A stretch of DNA of 63,497 nt, filler included, from Octopus bimaculoides (Eukaryota), in assembly GCF_001194135.2 (NCBI RefSeq). It is 9 parts of 6 records of this genome, joined end to end, with 100 filler letters (N's around TTAATTAATTAA, not from the genome) between each part and the next. Parts side by side here need not be neighbours in the genome. Positions count along the whole stretch, not along the records: positions 46,838 to 50,937 come from NC_068994.1; positions 51,038 to 53,846 come from NC_068993.1; positions 53,947 to 58,228 come from NC_068994.1; positions 58,329 to 60,943 come from NC_068989.1; positions 61,044 to 62,323 come from NW_026337628.1; positions 62,424 to 63,497 come from NC_068993.1; 3 more parts are not named here. One strand, given 5' to 3'. Of this stretch, positions 50,348 to 63,294 are shown in pieces. Made by a program: the position numbers and the translations under genes. Position 1 is the stretch's first letter; every line of letters begins with the position of its first letter. Under the pieces are notes generated by a model that was given only the letters and a program-made list of their open reading frames with translations, was not told the DNA's origin and ran no database searches.

Positions 50348-51102
50348 CATGAGACTTTATTACACTTCTTATTCTATTGCTATACAAAATAGCATACATT
50401 TTTCTCTCTGATCTGTTTTTTCTTCCTTTTGGGGAGGTGATGGGGGAAACGGGCTCCTGTGTGTTGGTCATTGTATCAGTGTCGGGAACGACGGTGTGAG
50501 GGTTGGCGACTGGAGGGGGAAAGTGGCACGGCGTAGAGCAGGATGGGAGATGGGTAGCAGTAGGGTAGGGGTTCACAGTTTTGCCTTAATTTCTTTTCTT
50601 TCCGTATACATGTATGTACGTATACGTATCTATATATGCATATATAAAGTTAATTGCAGAATAAAACCGTTAGGTCATCGACTCGAAACGCCGTAGCCCA
50701 CCAATGACCACATATAAGAAGTACAACATAGACCACAAAAACCAAATTAGTAAAGGGAGGTAAAATTTTTATACGTAAGAATAAAAATCGATTAAAAATG
50801 CAATAGAATAATATAAATAAATAAATAAACAGCGATTAAAAATTGATTAAAAATATTAGAGACTGGTACAAATAAAGTAGAATAAAAATATATATATATA
50901 TAGAAAAAATATAGAGAAAAAAAATAAAACATAGGGANNNNNNNNNNNNNNNNNNNNNNNNNNNNNNNNNNNNNNNNNNNNTTAATTAATTAANNNNNNN
51001 NNNNNNNNNNNNNNNNNNNNNNNNNNNNNNNNNNNNNGCTGTAACTACTATTACTATACGCATTTGTATACGTTCAAACTGACGTTGCTGCTGCTGCTGC
51101 TG

Positions 51103-51161
<59 letters not shown>

Positions 51162-51621
51162 GCTACATCATCGTTGTCTTCTTAAACTGTTAAAAAGCAT
51201 ATATGTAAAATCAAGATTAACGAAACAAACACAACACAACACTTCCACACACAAGAATGACTAATATAACAAATCACCATTTTTAATTACCTTCCAAATT
51301 ATCACACTGAACCTTGGACTTTTTTAATTGGCATGGCAGGACCGTGTATACATTTGTTATTTCTATCACGGAGTTCACTTTCTCGTATCCACCTGACGCT
51401 CCTGGACATATTCGACGGCCTATTCTGCCAATTTCATCTACTCTTCAGCATAGCCATATTTGTAGCATTGTTCCAATTCTTCTTATTTCATAGAATTTGT
51501 AAATAATCTAAAATTCTTACTTTCATACAATTTAAATTAATATTAAATTTTCTGCATTTCACTAAATCAGTAATTGTTTTATACACACACAACTGTAATC
51601 GAGTAGCTGAGTTCCAATGAA

Positions 51622-51649
51622 TTATAGTAGTAGTAGTAGTAGTAGTAGT

Positions 51650-51681
<32 letters not shown>

Positions 51682-51757
51682 TAGTAGTAGAAGTAGCAGC
51701 AACAGCAATTGTAGTAGTAGTAATGGCAGTAGTAACAGTAGTAGTAGTAGTAGTAGC

Positions 51758-51788
<31 letters not shown>

Positions 51789-51950
51789 TCGGTTTTGGTT
51801 GTGGTGATGGTGGTGGTGGTTGTAGTGGTAGTAGTAGATGTAGTGGTGGTGGTGGTCGTGTTANNNNNNNNNNCGGTTTTGGTTGTGGTGATGGTGGTGG
51901 TGGTTGTAGTGGTAGTAGTAGATGTAGTGGTGGTGGTGGTCGTGTTAGTG

Positions 51951-51991
<41 letters not shown>

Positions 51992-52021
51992 GTGGTGGTG
52001 GTGCTCCTGCTGCTGCTGGTT

Positions 52022-52102
<81 letters not shown>
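51622..52102. repeat. Compound (TAG)n/(TGG)n/(CAG)n trinucleotide region
   Basis: Seen directly; includes an overlap duplication across the 10-N gap. Confidence 0.9.
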
Positions 52103-53791
52103 ATAGTGTTAATTTTGCGCAATAAATCTTTCAGATTGTTCTTTGCTCAACTACCGCTTAATGTCAAATATATTAATAAGTAACCATGATGAAAGTATTG
52201 CATTCCTTTGATAATGCATCTATTAAATCATGTGCTTTTGAGCTAAAGAGAGTATCACGCGGTATTGGAAACAACAGCTAATTACACAGCTTATGACATA
52301 AATAAGGAAAAAACTCATGAGATATTGTTGTCTCGCATACAATCACAAAATACGTTTGGTCACTTAGGAAATACATTTGATAAAAAAACGACCAAGTACG
52401 ACATATATTTTGTATCATAATATATTAAGATAATATTACTATTGCTATTATCTCACCGTTGTATTCACTAAGTGTATATTTCTTTAGTACAAAAAGATAC
52501 TGTGATGCCACAACTGGTAGTATAAAGAAACGCTTTGTAACACGAAAGAAACAAGAGCTGCGACTCTCAGCTAATATGATTTTAAGTTAGGCAGTTTTCT
52601 GTTCACCCACCTGCATAATCTTAATTCACAATTCACAATTATTGGCTGGTTTGAGGTTTCTGTCTTAGTTCATTCTTTGCAAGCATCCTACTTATATCCT
52701 GTTATTGCTGTCGTTGTTGTTGCTGCTGCTGTTGCTGCTGCTGCTAATGCTGCCGCTTTAGTTGCAGTTGTAAGTGTTGCAGTTGTGAACTTTGAAACCT
52801 GAATAATATGCATTTTGACGTGGCATACTTTTGATGTTTTAGTATTTTGTAATCGCGTGTCTATGTCACGCAGTGTAGTTAAATGTGATATAGTGCGCAC
52901 GTATATGAAACAGCGATGCATTTAAGTAGAGGGAAGCCTACTTTAAATGTATATAATTTTCATATCGATTTAATAGTTGTAGGTTTCATATTGATTTTTA
53001 GAATTGGTACAGAATCTCGAATGTACAATGAAAGAGTTCGTTAACCTGTTGAATTTCACCTTAATATTACCTCGGTGAACTTGTTATGAAAGTTGAATAT
53101 GTGAAAATAATAAATTCCATATTTGAACATAGAACTTACGAATACGTAATTTTATACCTTTCAAAGCTTTCCATCATTTCTCATTGTTCGTTTTATTCCT
53201 GGCATACATCACAAGTCTATCCACTATATGTTTCTTAGAGACACAGGAATTTGCCGATGAATGCCAGGTAAGATATATCACGTATCAATAAGAGGTGTTT
53301 TAATATGTACTGAAAATATATTCTAATAAACACCGGTGCGTCACTAATTTTCCTTCAGTCGGTATTTTTGAAGGTAAAAATTAATTACATCAATTGCGAT
53401 GATGTATCATTGATGAACTGAACAAATCGACTCTCTTTGAAGAGTGAAATGAGTCATATCACATTAGAGAACGGTAAATTGTTTTTTTTTTTTTCTAAAT
53501 ATATTTGTCTTCAAATACCTCCCAGATCCAATTTGAATTTCAACGCTTTTGTTATGAATAGATTCAATCGATAATAATATACGTTTTTTTTTTTACTTCT
53601 GGATATATTCAGATCATTATACTGTGCAATAGACTAGAATAACTTTTTAAAGCACACGCTCTCACAGACTTACAAATGTTGGTATCATATATACACACAT
53701 ACATAGATCCATACGTACTTTCATAACTACATACGTACATACATACCTGCACATACATACATAGACATCTGTATATATATATATATGTATG

Positions 53792-53845
<54 letters not shown>

Positions 53846-53947
53846 TNNNNNNNNNNNNNNNNNNNNNNNNNNNNNNNNNNNNNNNNNNNNTTAATTAATT
53901 AANNNNNNNNNNNNNNNNNNNNNNNNNNNNNNNNNNNNNNNNNNNNA

Positions 53948-54290
53948 CTTGCCTCAACAGGTCTTCACAAGTGGAATTTAGTGTCCAATGAAGGAAGGAA
54001 GGTACGCATAAGTGGGCTGGCTGGGCCTTAGATTTAGGTCTCACTTGGCTTGCCGGGTCTTCTCGCGCACACTATATTTCCAAAGGTCTCGGTCAGAAGT
54101 CATCGCCTCGGTGAGGCCCAATGTTCGAAGGTCGTGCCTTACCACCTCATCCCAGGTCTTCCTGGGCCTACCTCTTCCACAGGATCCCTCAACTGTTAAG
54201 GTGTGGCACTTTTTCACACAGCTATCCTCATCCATTCTCGCTACATGACCATACCAGTGCAGTCGTCTCTCGAAATGCATATCTATCACT
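53948..54290 (-). mobile_element. 5'-truncated RTE-clade LINE 3' end
   Basis: RRLHWYGHVARMDEDSCVKK..GRGRPRKTWDEVVRHDL..DRDLW, the typical RTE C-terminus. Confidence 0.9.
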
Positions 54291-54424
54291 CTTGGGGATC
54301 ACTTCTGAGGTGATATCATTTTGTCTAGTTCTGAAGTATATTGTGCTCTTCAACACAATACATCATTAAAGGGATTTTTTCCTGAACAAACCCCACAGCT
54401 TCTGGCTTTTCAAACATGCATGTA

Positions 54425-55345
54425 TGAGGAGGTATCCAAAAGAAACCGGAATTTTGCAATATTATTTTATTCACTTAGTATTACATGTTTACACTTTTAT
54501 CACCTTCAAAGTATTCTCCATTTGAAACCATGCCTCGGTCCAGATCTGTTTTCCACTGTTTGAAACAGTCCTGGAACTCTGAACAGTGATGCATTTTAAC
54601 GCCTCCACCGTTTTTTCCTTCACCTCTTCCACATCTGCAAAACGTTTTCCTTTTTTAAGAACATTTTTCAGTCGAGGGAACAAAGAAAAAAGTTTCAGGG
54701 AGCAAGATTGGGTGAATAGGGAGGGTAGGTAAGCAGGGTCATCCATTCAGTCATGACTGCTTTTGATCCTCCGTAAGCAAGCAAGGCACAAATGTTGCTG
54801 CAACTATGTTTAATTAACAATTCCTTGCTCAAAATTTGTTGGCAGGAGCACAAAGGACACACCAGCCATATCAATAAGTTTGTCAATTGTTCGGCAATGG
54901 TCCTCCAGGGTCAGTTCATGCATTTTCCTGATGTTTTCATTCATGCAAGGGGTTGACGGTCGCCCTAAACAAGGTTGGTCTTCAAGCAACAAGTGACCAT
55001 TCCTAAAGCATGAAAACCATTCATAAGCTTGTGTTTTGCTCATGGCAGCATCCTTGTATGCTGTTAGAAGCATGACAACTGTTTCGGCCACTGTTTTCCC
55101 TGGCAAAAACAAAACTTCACAGAAGCACACTGCTCCTTCATTTCAGCCATCACAAAAATTGCTGAACAAGAGAGAAGCACTGCAAAACAAAGACGCACCA
55201 CATGGCAGTACAACTTCACTCAATGACACTGGTCAACAGGCTGATGCCTGAGGGCTGCATCAAGTGACTTCTAGTAGTGGAAGCCTGAACTACAATGGGC
55301 TTGTCCCACAGAGAACGTTTCTGGTTACTTTTGGGTACCACCTTG
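54425..55345 (-). mobile_element. Internally deleted mariner with both TIRs and TA TSD
   Basis: TA+tgaggaggtatccaaaagaaaccgga ... ctggttacttttgggtaccaccttg+TA. GKTVAETVVML..YEWFSCFRNG..GRPST; YPPYSPNLAP; LFPRLKNVLKKGKRF. Confidence 0.9.
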
Positions 55346-55611
55346 TATGTTAATTATGTTCTATTACTCTTTTACTGTTTTACTTGTTTCAGTCATTGNN
55401 NNNNNNNNNNNNNNNNNNNNNNNNNNNNNNNNNNNNNNNNNNNNNNNNNNNNNNNNNNNNNNNNNNNNNNNNNNNNNNNNNNNNNNNNNNNNNNNNNNAC
55501 ATATATATATATATGTATATATATATATATGTATACATATATATATGTGCACACACACACAAACACACACACACACAGATACACACATACACACACATAT
55601 ATATTAACTTA

Positions 55612-55735
55612 ACTGGCACTACATCATTTACAACAACGTAAGTTCCAATTGATCTGATCAATAGAACAGCCTGCTCATGAAATTAACATACAATTAGCCG
55701 AGTACTCCATAGATATGTACACCTTTACCATAGTT
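55612..55735 (-). mobile_element. SINE family C tail fragment
   Basis: tggcact..gttccaattgatctgatcaatagaacagcctgctcatgaaattaac matches 2971-3090. Confidence 0.7.
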
Positions 55736-56315
55736 CAATAAAGTGATCCTTTATTTTAAAATGACATTATAGGGTAAGTGTGAAAGGTAGAATATTCAGG
55801 CTGGATATGGCTTGCTTAAATGCTAAAAAGTTAAACTTGAATACAATTGTATCTTATATATCTATCTGTGTGTTGTTTTTGGTCTGTTTGTGCATTTATT
55901 TAAGATGTTTCTTCTTTCTTTTTTTCTTTTCTTAAAAACAGAATATCAAACCATTCAAGATTGTACTCCAGGATGACTGCAGTCCAATGACTAAAAGTAG
56001 TAAAATAAATCTACATTATGCAAACAATAAAATATCTTAAAGATGCCTGGAAAGAATATCTCATTAGGTTTGGAGAAATCAGTGCCGAAATCATATTAAG
56101 GAAGACATTTGTAGACAAGGATAGCATATAAAACAGTTTCAAATTGCCTTATTAGTCTTTCGCATACAGTTTTGGGTAATGATGTCGCTAAATTCATAAA
56201 TGATTCATAACCCTCGTAGACTGAGCAAAAGAAAAGGATGAATGGAGAATCTTGCCTCTCACAATAAAGAAACATTTCTAACAGCACCAGCAGACAAAAT
56301 GGAAAAGATAATTTT

Positions 56316-56406
56316 CCTGGAGGATAGCCCTGGAGGATAGCCCTGGAGGATAGCCCTGGAGGATAGCCCTGGAGGATAGCCCTGGAGGATAGCCCTGGAG
56401 GATAGT
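56316..56406 (+). repeat. 13-bp minisatellite (cctggaggatagc) x7
   Basis: Six perfect units plus a last unit ending tagt. Confidence 0.95.
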
Positions 56407-57884
56407 GAGGGAGATGTGCAAGAACAGCCACTCTGACTCGTGGGGCTTGCAATTTCAGACAACAATCTCCCTGATAGCGTTGAGCAGGGATGTGGTCTGG
56501 TGAGGAAGAAGGGATCAAGAATGCTGGAGGTCTCAACTGCCACAGGCTCAACCATAAACCTGTCAGAGAGTGGCCAATACCTTGACAGTTTGCTTTTATT
56601 TTTGTGAATGAAATAATGACAGCTGAATCTCCTGTGTAATGTCTGAAAGAAAATCTGCACACACACACTTGCACATGCAAATGCACATGCACTCACGCAC
56701 ACGCACACACACACACACACAGCGCTCAGTAAATGACTCTAGTATCTGACTTTGTAATCTAGCAATACAGAGACTGAAATATGAACAGGGATTTGTGGCA
56801 TTATAAAGGCATTGCTAAATGACAAAACCAAATTTAGAAATTAAAATTAAGAATAACATTGGACAAAAATGCAAAAAAAAAATAATAATAATAATGAAAT
56901 AAAATTGAAGACCCAAAAATTAACAAATCTACTTTTTACAGATATTTGCTTACAATATCTCATTTAGCAACAAAAAAGACTAAACACAAACAATTACAAG
57001 AAAAAGAAGAAAAAAATCTGTGAATCGCAAAACTCTTTTGGAATTAAACTGACCTGATTANNNNNNNNNNNNNNNNNNNNNNNNNNNNNNNNNNNNNNNN
57101 NNNNNNNNNNNNNNNNNNNNNNNNNNNNNNNNNNNNNNNNNNNNNNNNNNNNNNNNNNNNNNNNNNNNNNNNNNNNNNNNNNNNNNNNNNNNNNNNNNNN
57201 NNNNNNNNNNNNNNNNNNNNNNNNNNNNNNNNNNNNNNNNNNNNNNNNNNNNNNNNNNNNNNNNNNNNNNNNNNNNNNNNNNNNNNNNNNNNNNNNNNNN
57301 NNNNNNNNNNNNNNNNNNNNNNNNNNNNNNNNNNNNNNNNNNNNNNNNNNNNNNNNNNNNNNNNNNNNNNNNNNNNNNNNNNNNNNNNNNNNNNNNNNNN
57401 NNNNNNNNNNNNNNNNNNNNNNNNNNNNNNNNNNNNNNNNNNNNNNNNNNNNNNNNNNNNNNNNNNNNNNNNNNNNNNNNNNNNNNNNNNNNNNNNNNNN
57501 NNNNNNNNNNNNNNNNNNNNNNNNNNNNNNNNNNNNNNNNNNNNNNNNNNNNNNNNNNNNNNNNNNNNNNNNNNNNNNNNNNNNNNNNNNNNNNNNNNNN
57601 NNNNNNNNNNNNNNNNNNNNNNNNNNNNNNNNNNNNNNNNNNNNNNNNNNNNNNNNNNNNNNNNNNNNNNNNNNNNNNNNNNNNNNNNNNNNNNNNNNNN
57701 NNNNNNNNNNNNNNNNNNNNNNNNNNNNNNNNNNNNNNNNNNNNNNNNNNNNNNNNNNNNNNNNNNNNNNNNNNNNNNNNNNNNNNNNNNNNNNNNNNNN
57801 NNNNNNNNNNNNNNNNNNNNNNNNNNNNNNNNNNNNNNNNNNNNNNNNNNNNNNNNNNNNNNNNNNNNNNNNNNNNNNNNNNNN

Positions 57885-57925
<41 letters not shown>

Positions 57926-58027
57926 TATACACACACATATACATATGTATACTTACATATATATAAATATATATAAACACATACGCATGCACGCACGCAC
58001 ACATACACACACACACACACATATACA

Positions 58028-58125
58028 CTGAAGCCTGGTGTAATCTCCTGCTTGACTGGTTCCTGACAAACTGCTCAACCCATGCCAGCATGGAAGGTAG
58101 ACATTAAATGATGATGATAATGATA
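58028..58125 (+). mobile_element. 3' tip of an RTE-associated repeat with (ATG)n tail
   Basis: caacccatgccagcatggaaggtagacattaaatgatgatg is the reverse-complement homolog of 59150-59210. Confidence 0.6.
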
Positions 58126-58192
58126 CACATAAACACACGTGCACACACACACGCATACACACACACATATATATATGTATGTATGTGTGTGT

Positions 58193-58228
<36 letters not shown>

Positions 58229-58359
58229 NNNNNNNNNNNNNNNNNNNNNNNNNNNNNNNNNNNNNNNNNNNNTTAATTAATTAANNNNNNNNNNNNNNNN
58301 NNNNNNNNNNNNNNNNNNNNNNNNNNNNATAATCATCATCGATGATATATATTTACTTT

Positions 58360-58783
58360 TTTTATTCTTTTACTTGTTTCAGTTATTTGATTTCGGCCAT
58401 GCTGGAGCACCACCTTTAGTCGAGCAAATCGACCCCAGGACTTATTCTTTGTAAGCCTAGTACTTATTGTATTGGTGTCTTTTGCCAAACTGCTAAGTTA
58501 TGGGGATGTAAACACACCAGCATCGGTTGTCAAGCGATGTTGGGGGGACAAACACAGATACACAAACATATACACAAACATATACACAAACATATACACA
58601 CACATACATATATATACATATATACGACAGGCTTCTTTCAGTTTCCGTCTACCAAATTCACTCACAAGGCTTTGGTCGAAACCGAGGCTATAATAGAAGA
58701 CACTTGCCCAAGGTGCCACGCACTGGGACTGAACCCGGAACCATGTGGTTGGTAAGCAAGCTACTTACCACACAGCCACTCCT
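58360..58783 (-). mobile_element. SINE family A, full length
   Basis: Colinear with 7443-7847; head ggagtggctgtgtggtaagtagcttgcttaccaaccacatggttccgggttcagtccc. Confidence 0.9.
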
Positions 58784-59149
58784 GCACCTATATATATATA
58801 TATATATAAACACACACACTTACAACATATATGTATATGTATGTGTGTGCGTTTGGTGGAACAAACAGGAGAAACAGAACTGAATACATAAATGCATTCA
58901 TCGCTTTTGAGGGGTTGGGGACGGAAGATTTATGAAAGTTCCTTAAGAGTTCCAGGCATGGCACTCACCAAGCAATTACAACTTTTCTGCTGATTAAAAA
59001 ACAAAGTGTGCGTGTGTGTGTGTGCGTGTTTAAGCTATAAGATAACATAAAATAAAATATAAGCCACAAGGTTATATAAATTAAAATAAATGGTAATTAC
59101 ATCAGTTTAATTAGTCTCAGTAAGAAGAGAAGCTGGTAGAAGCATTAAC

Positions 59150-59450
59150 ACATCATCATCATCATCATCATCATTTAACGTCCGTTTTCCATGCTGGTAT
59201 GGGTTGGGTGGTTAGATGGGAGAGCTAGACTAGGCTCTAGTCATCTGTTATGGTTTTTAGAGCGGGATGCCTTTCCTAACACCAACCACTTTACAGAGTG
59301 TACCCGGGTGCTTTTCACACGGCACCAACATGGGTCCCTTTTACATGGCTCCAACACAGGTGCTCTTTTGGGGTGCTGGTATAAGTACCTTTTACATGGT
59401 GCCAATATGGGTGCTTTTTACGTGGTGCCAGCACAAGTGCCATCAGACAC
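59150..59450 (-). mobile_element. 3' UTR-like end of an RTE-associated repeat with (ATG)n tail
   Basis: (cat)n+ttaacgtccgttttccatgctgg..gatgcctttcctaacaccaaccac..repeated ggcacc/ggtgcc motifs. RTE link is inferred. Confidence 0.55.
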
Positions 59451-59529
59451 ACACACCACACACATGCAGATACACACACACCATACGTGCACACATGCAG
59501 ATAGACATATACATATACAAACACACACA

Positions 59530-59760
59530 GGTGGCGAACCGGCAGAAACGTTAGCACGCCGGGCGAAATGCTTAGCGGTATTTCGTCTGCCATTACGTTT
59601 TGAGTTCAAATTCCGTCGAGGTCGACTTTGCTTTTCATCCTTTCGGGGTCGATTAAATAAGTACCAGTTACGCACTGGGGTCGATGTAATCGACTTAATC
59701 CGTTTGTCTGTCCTTGTTTGTCCCCTCTGTGTGTAGCCCCTTGTGGGTAGTAAAGAAATA
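59530..59760 (+). mobile_element. SINE family B, best-preserved copy
   Basis: ggtggcgaaccggcagaaacgttagcacgccgggcgaaatgcttagcgg..gagttcaaattccgtcgaggtcgacttt..ggggtcgatgtaatcgac..gtaaagaaata. Confidence 0.9.
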
Positions 59761-60182
59761 ACACACACCATACATGCGCACACACACCATACATGCGCAC
59801 ACACACACACATGCAGATAGACATATACACATACGAACACACACACACATGCAGAAACACACACACACCACATGCGCACACACGCACACACACCACACGC
59901 ACGCACGCACACACACCACACGCACGCACACACACACACACACACATGTTGATAGACATATACACATACAAACACACACAGCCTTTTTGTCAACCAAATC
60001 AACATTTCAATCTGGATCCATTATTATTCGTGACAGAAACGATTTTCCCCACCCATTTTCATGAAGGCAAAACACAATAAAGAGCCAAGACTTCATTATA
60101 AATTCCTATGCTATTAGAAATATGTTTTATAAGAAAATAAATCCTGAAAATGTGTGTGTTGGGTTGTTGTGTGTTATCAACT

Positions 60183-60357
60183 GTGGAGGCACAATGGCTT
60201 AGTGGTTAGGGCAGCGGACTCATGGTCATAGGATTACAGTTTCAATTCCCATACGGGCGTTACACTTTTACTTGTTTCAGTCATTTGACTGTGGTCATGC
60301 TGGAGGACCACCTTTGGTCGAGCAAATCGACCCCAGGACTTATTCTTTGTAAGAATA
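60183..60357. mobile_element. Fused SINE fragments: family C head (+) joined to family A tail (-)
   Basis: gtggaggcacaatggcttagtggttagggcagcggactc..tcaattcccatacgggcgtt is directly followed by acacttttacttgtttcagtcatttgactgtgg. Confidence 0.8.
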
Positions 60358-61043
60358 AGATGCTCAGGGGCTGAACTTGGAAAGGAAAACACAGTAACCC
60401 ACCCAAAAATAAAAGTATATTAGAAAATCAAATATTTATCAACCAGATCATGGTATGTATATCTGTGTATACATGTATGTATGTATGTGTGTGTATACAT
60501 GTATGTATGTATGTGTGTATGTAAGTATGCATATATATATATAAGCTATGAACACGCACATTGTTATTTTGGGGCGTAGTGCTGTTTATAGAATCATAAA
60601 TGTAATCGCAAGGAGTTGAGTGCAACACCAGTATGTTTTTTTTATAACAAAAGTCTGACACCAATTGTGTTAATTGTGAGTAAGCTTGAAAGGGTGTGTG
60701 CTTGACTTTGTGATACCTGTGTGTGTCTGCAGGTAAGTCTGTTTGCTTGTATGTATGTATGTATGTATGCAAATGTGTATGTATGTATGTATGTATGTAT
60801 GTATGTGTGTATGTAGGTATTTATGCAATAAAATTATTTTCCACTTGTTTTAATTGCAAAATACATATATTTGAAAGAAACTTTTGACACATTTTCAACT
60901 TTCTCAATATTTTTCATATATGTATGTATATATATATATATATNNNNNNNNNNNNNNNNNNNNNNNNNNNNNNNNNNNNNNNNNNNNTTAATTAATTAAN
61001 NNNNNNNNNNNNNNNNNNNNNNNNNNNNNNNNNNNNNNNNNNN

Positions 61044-61687
61044 GTATATGGAGATCGGACAATAAGTGTAAGCCAGTGTCAACGGTGGTTCCATAAATTC
61101 TATACAGAAACTACAGCCTGGAAGACGGGCCTCGTCCTAGATCTGTAGAGCTCGACGAGGTTGTCCTGCATACTCTAGTGGAACAAAATTCCATCGTAAG
61201 TGTTGAGGAACTAGCAGAGAAGCTTGGATTTGGTTTTTCAGTCATTTATCAACACCTGCGCTTTAAGAAAAATGACCATCTTTGGTTTCAAGACGAAAGG
61301 TGTTCTTCCATCAGGATAATGCTCAGTCACATACAACGAGGAGTATATTCCAAAGGCTGGGGCAGTTTGAATTCGAAATGATGCCCTACCCACCATATTC
61401 CCCAGGAATTGTACCATCTGATGATCATTTATTCCGCAGTCTTCAAAATCATTTAGGCGGAAAAAAATATGAAAGGACAAGATCAGAAAGAGTACTGGAG
61501 GAGTATTTTTCGTCATAGAGTAGTGAATTTTAGAAGAGGGGTCTCGCAAGTCTACCAGATAGATGGAAGAGCATTGTAGAAAGTAAAGGAGGGTATTTTT
61601 TAGATTAAAAAAGAATTTTGTTTATCTTAATTTTGAAAAATAAAAGAGGTATAAAAAAACCGCATTATTTATAAGATGACCCAATAA
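61044..61687 (+). mobile_element. Internally deleted mariner, 5' end in gap
   Basis: VYGDRTISVSQCQRWFHKF; VFFHQDNAQSHT; PYPPYSPGIVPSDDHLFRSLQNHL; LPDRWKSIVESKG; TIR-like ccgcattatttataagatgacccaata. Confidence 0.9.
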
Positions 61688-61719
61688 ATCATAATCCAAA
61701 TATATTCAAATACCAAAAT

Positions 61720-62323
61720 ATATAGCATTGAGCTATATAGGTATACTAAAAATTCTTTAATCTGTTTGCCCGGCTACTGTTGATTTTCTGTCGTAGTTTT
61801 CAGTGTTATTGGTGGTTTAAATGAGTGTTTTAACTCCTCTTTCTAGCAGGTAGGCGCCTTGTGCGCCTGTATGACTGATATAAATTTTAATTCTATAGCT
61901 AACTAATGCTATTTTAGACCTGCAACCACCTATATTATTCTTGTTGTTATGGTCAACTATTTATATTACCGCAGATAATAATAACAATAATGATATCTAT
62001 ATAAATATTCACTTCTGAATATTTACTCTTTATTAGTATATTTACACTGAAGCTGTTCTGATTTTGGAGCAAAACAATTCAGAACGCCGGCAGACTTCAA
62101 CGTGACGAGTTGAAAATTTTTTCAATCGGTAAGACTTGCTGATGAAGGTAAGGCTTTTTTGCCAGAATCAGAAATCATGATCCAAGTATATCCATATTAC
62201 CAACACATATAGCACTGAATTATATAAGTATGTCAAAAATTCTTTAACCCGTCGCCCGACTACTGTTGATTCTCTGTCGTATTTTTCAGTGCTATTGGTG
62301 GTTTAAATGGGGGTTTTAACTCT
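61720..62323 (+). repeat. Imperfect tandem repeat, period ~487 bp (second unit runs into gap)
   Basis: atatagca.tga..tatata.gtat...aaaattctttaa..ctactgttgatt.tctgtcgta..ttcagtg.tattggtggtttaaatg at 61720 and 62207. Confidence 0.8.
62134..62187 (+). ncRNA. Hammerhead ribozyme motif with weakened stem II
   Basis: ACUUG-CUGAUGA-[agg..auca]-GAAA-UCAUGA-UC-CAAGU. Stem I 5 bp, palindromic stem III, core intact, closing pair of stem II mismatched. Confidence 0.55.
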
Positions 62324-62423
62324 NNNNNNNNNNNNNNNNNNNNNNNNNNNNNNNNNNNNNNNNNNNNTTAATTAATTAANNNNNNNNNNNNNNNNNNNNN
62401 NNNNNNNNNNNNNNNNNNNNNNN

Positions 62424-62463
<40 letters not shown>

Positions 62464-62469
62464 CATACA

Positions 62470-62505
<36 letters not shown>

Positions 62506-63294
62506 TGCAGGCGTACATTTTTCTGTTTCATGCATCATTGACTACACTTTGTGATTTGTTTATTTCTGCTGACCGGGAATAAGCTATGCATTTTATATAT
62601 TGTTGTTGGCGTATCTGTAAAACCTTTCTGTCAGATTTTTTGGGGCCAATATTTTTTTTATTCTTTACTTGTTTGTTGTTGCTGTTCTTTTTGACGTTGT
62701 TGGCATTGTTGTTGTTTTTTGTTGTAGGGAATACCAATTCTGGTATACAATAAAATGTTCCTTCATAGATATAGATTCCGTGTTTATGTATACATTTATT
62801 GTTAACGTATAATATATCGAACAAATTTGTGTCTTGATAGGAAAACAAGATGTAAGTAACAAGTGAGAAATCAATACTATAGAGCTGTAAATCTTCTTTG
62901 TAAGCGTTGTGTGTTATTTCGTATTGTTGTTGTCCACTGTTACGTTCTGATCTATACGAGACAGCATTTCACATGAGTGGAGTAAGTGTGTATGTGCATG
63001 TATGTGTGTGTAAAGGATAAAAAAAGAAGATAACCATAAATATTGAAAGTGGAACACAGATTTAAGTAAAAACACAGTCTAGACGTGATTTTGACATATA
63101 TACAACAACGTGCATGATTTGACATACATAGATATATGTTATTACATACAACGATAAATGTGCGTGCGTGTGTAAGCACGTTTGAACGTGTTTGTGAATA
63201 TTGAAATGTACTGCGTATTTAGACAGATATACATGAAGATATATCTATAATCCTCACAATACATTATATATATATATGGGAGAATATACGAAAA

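Noticed and set aside
51790-51950. Duplicated cggttttggttgtggtgatgg..gtcgtgtta block
   Set aside because: Exact duplicate across a 10-N gap; contig-overlap artefact.
59530-59640. tRNA genes at SINE heads
   Set aside because: A/B boxes are present but there is no full cloverleaf, and they continue into shared SINE bodies.
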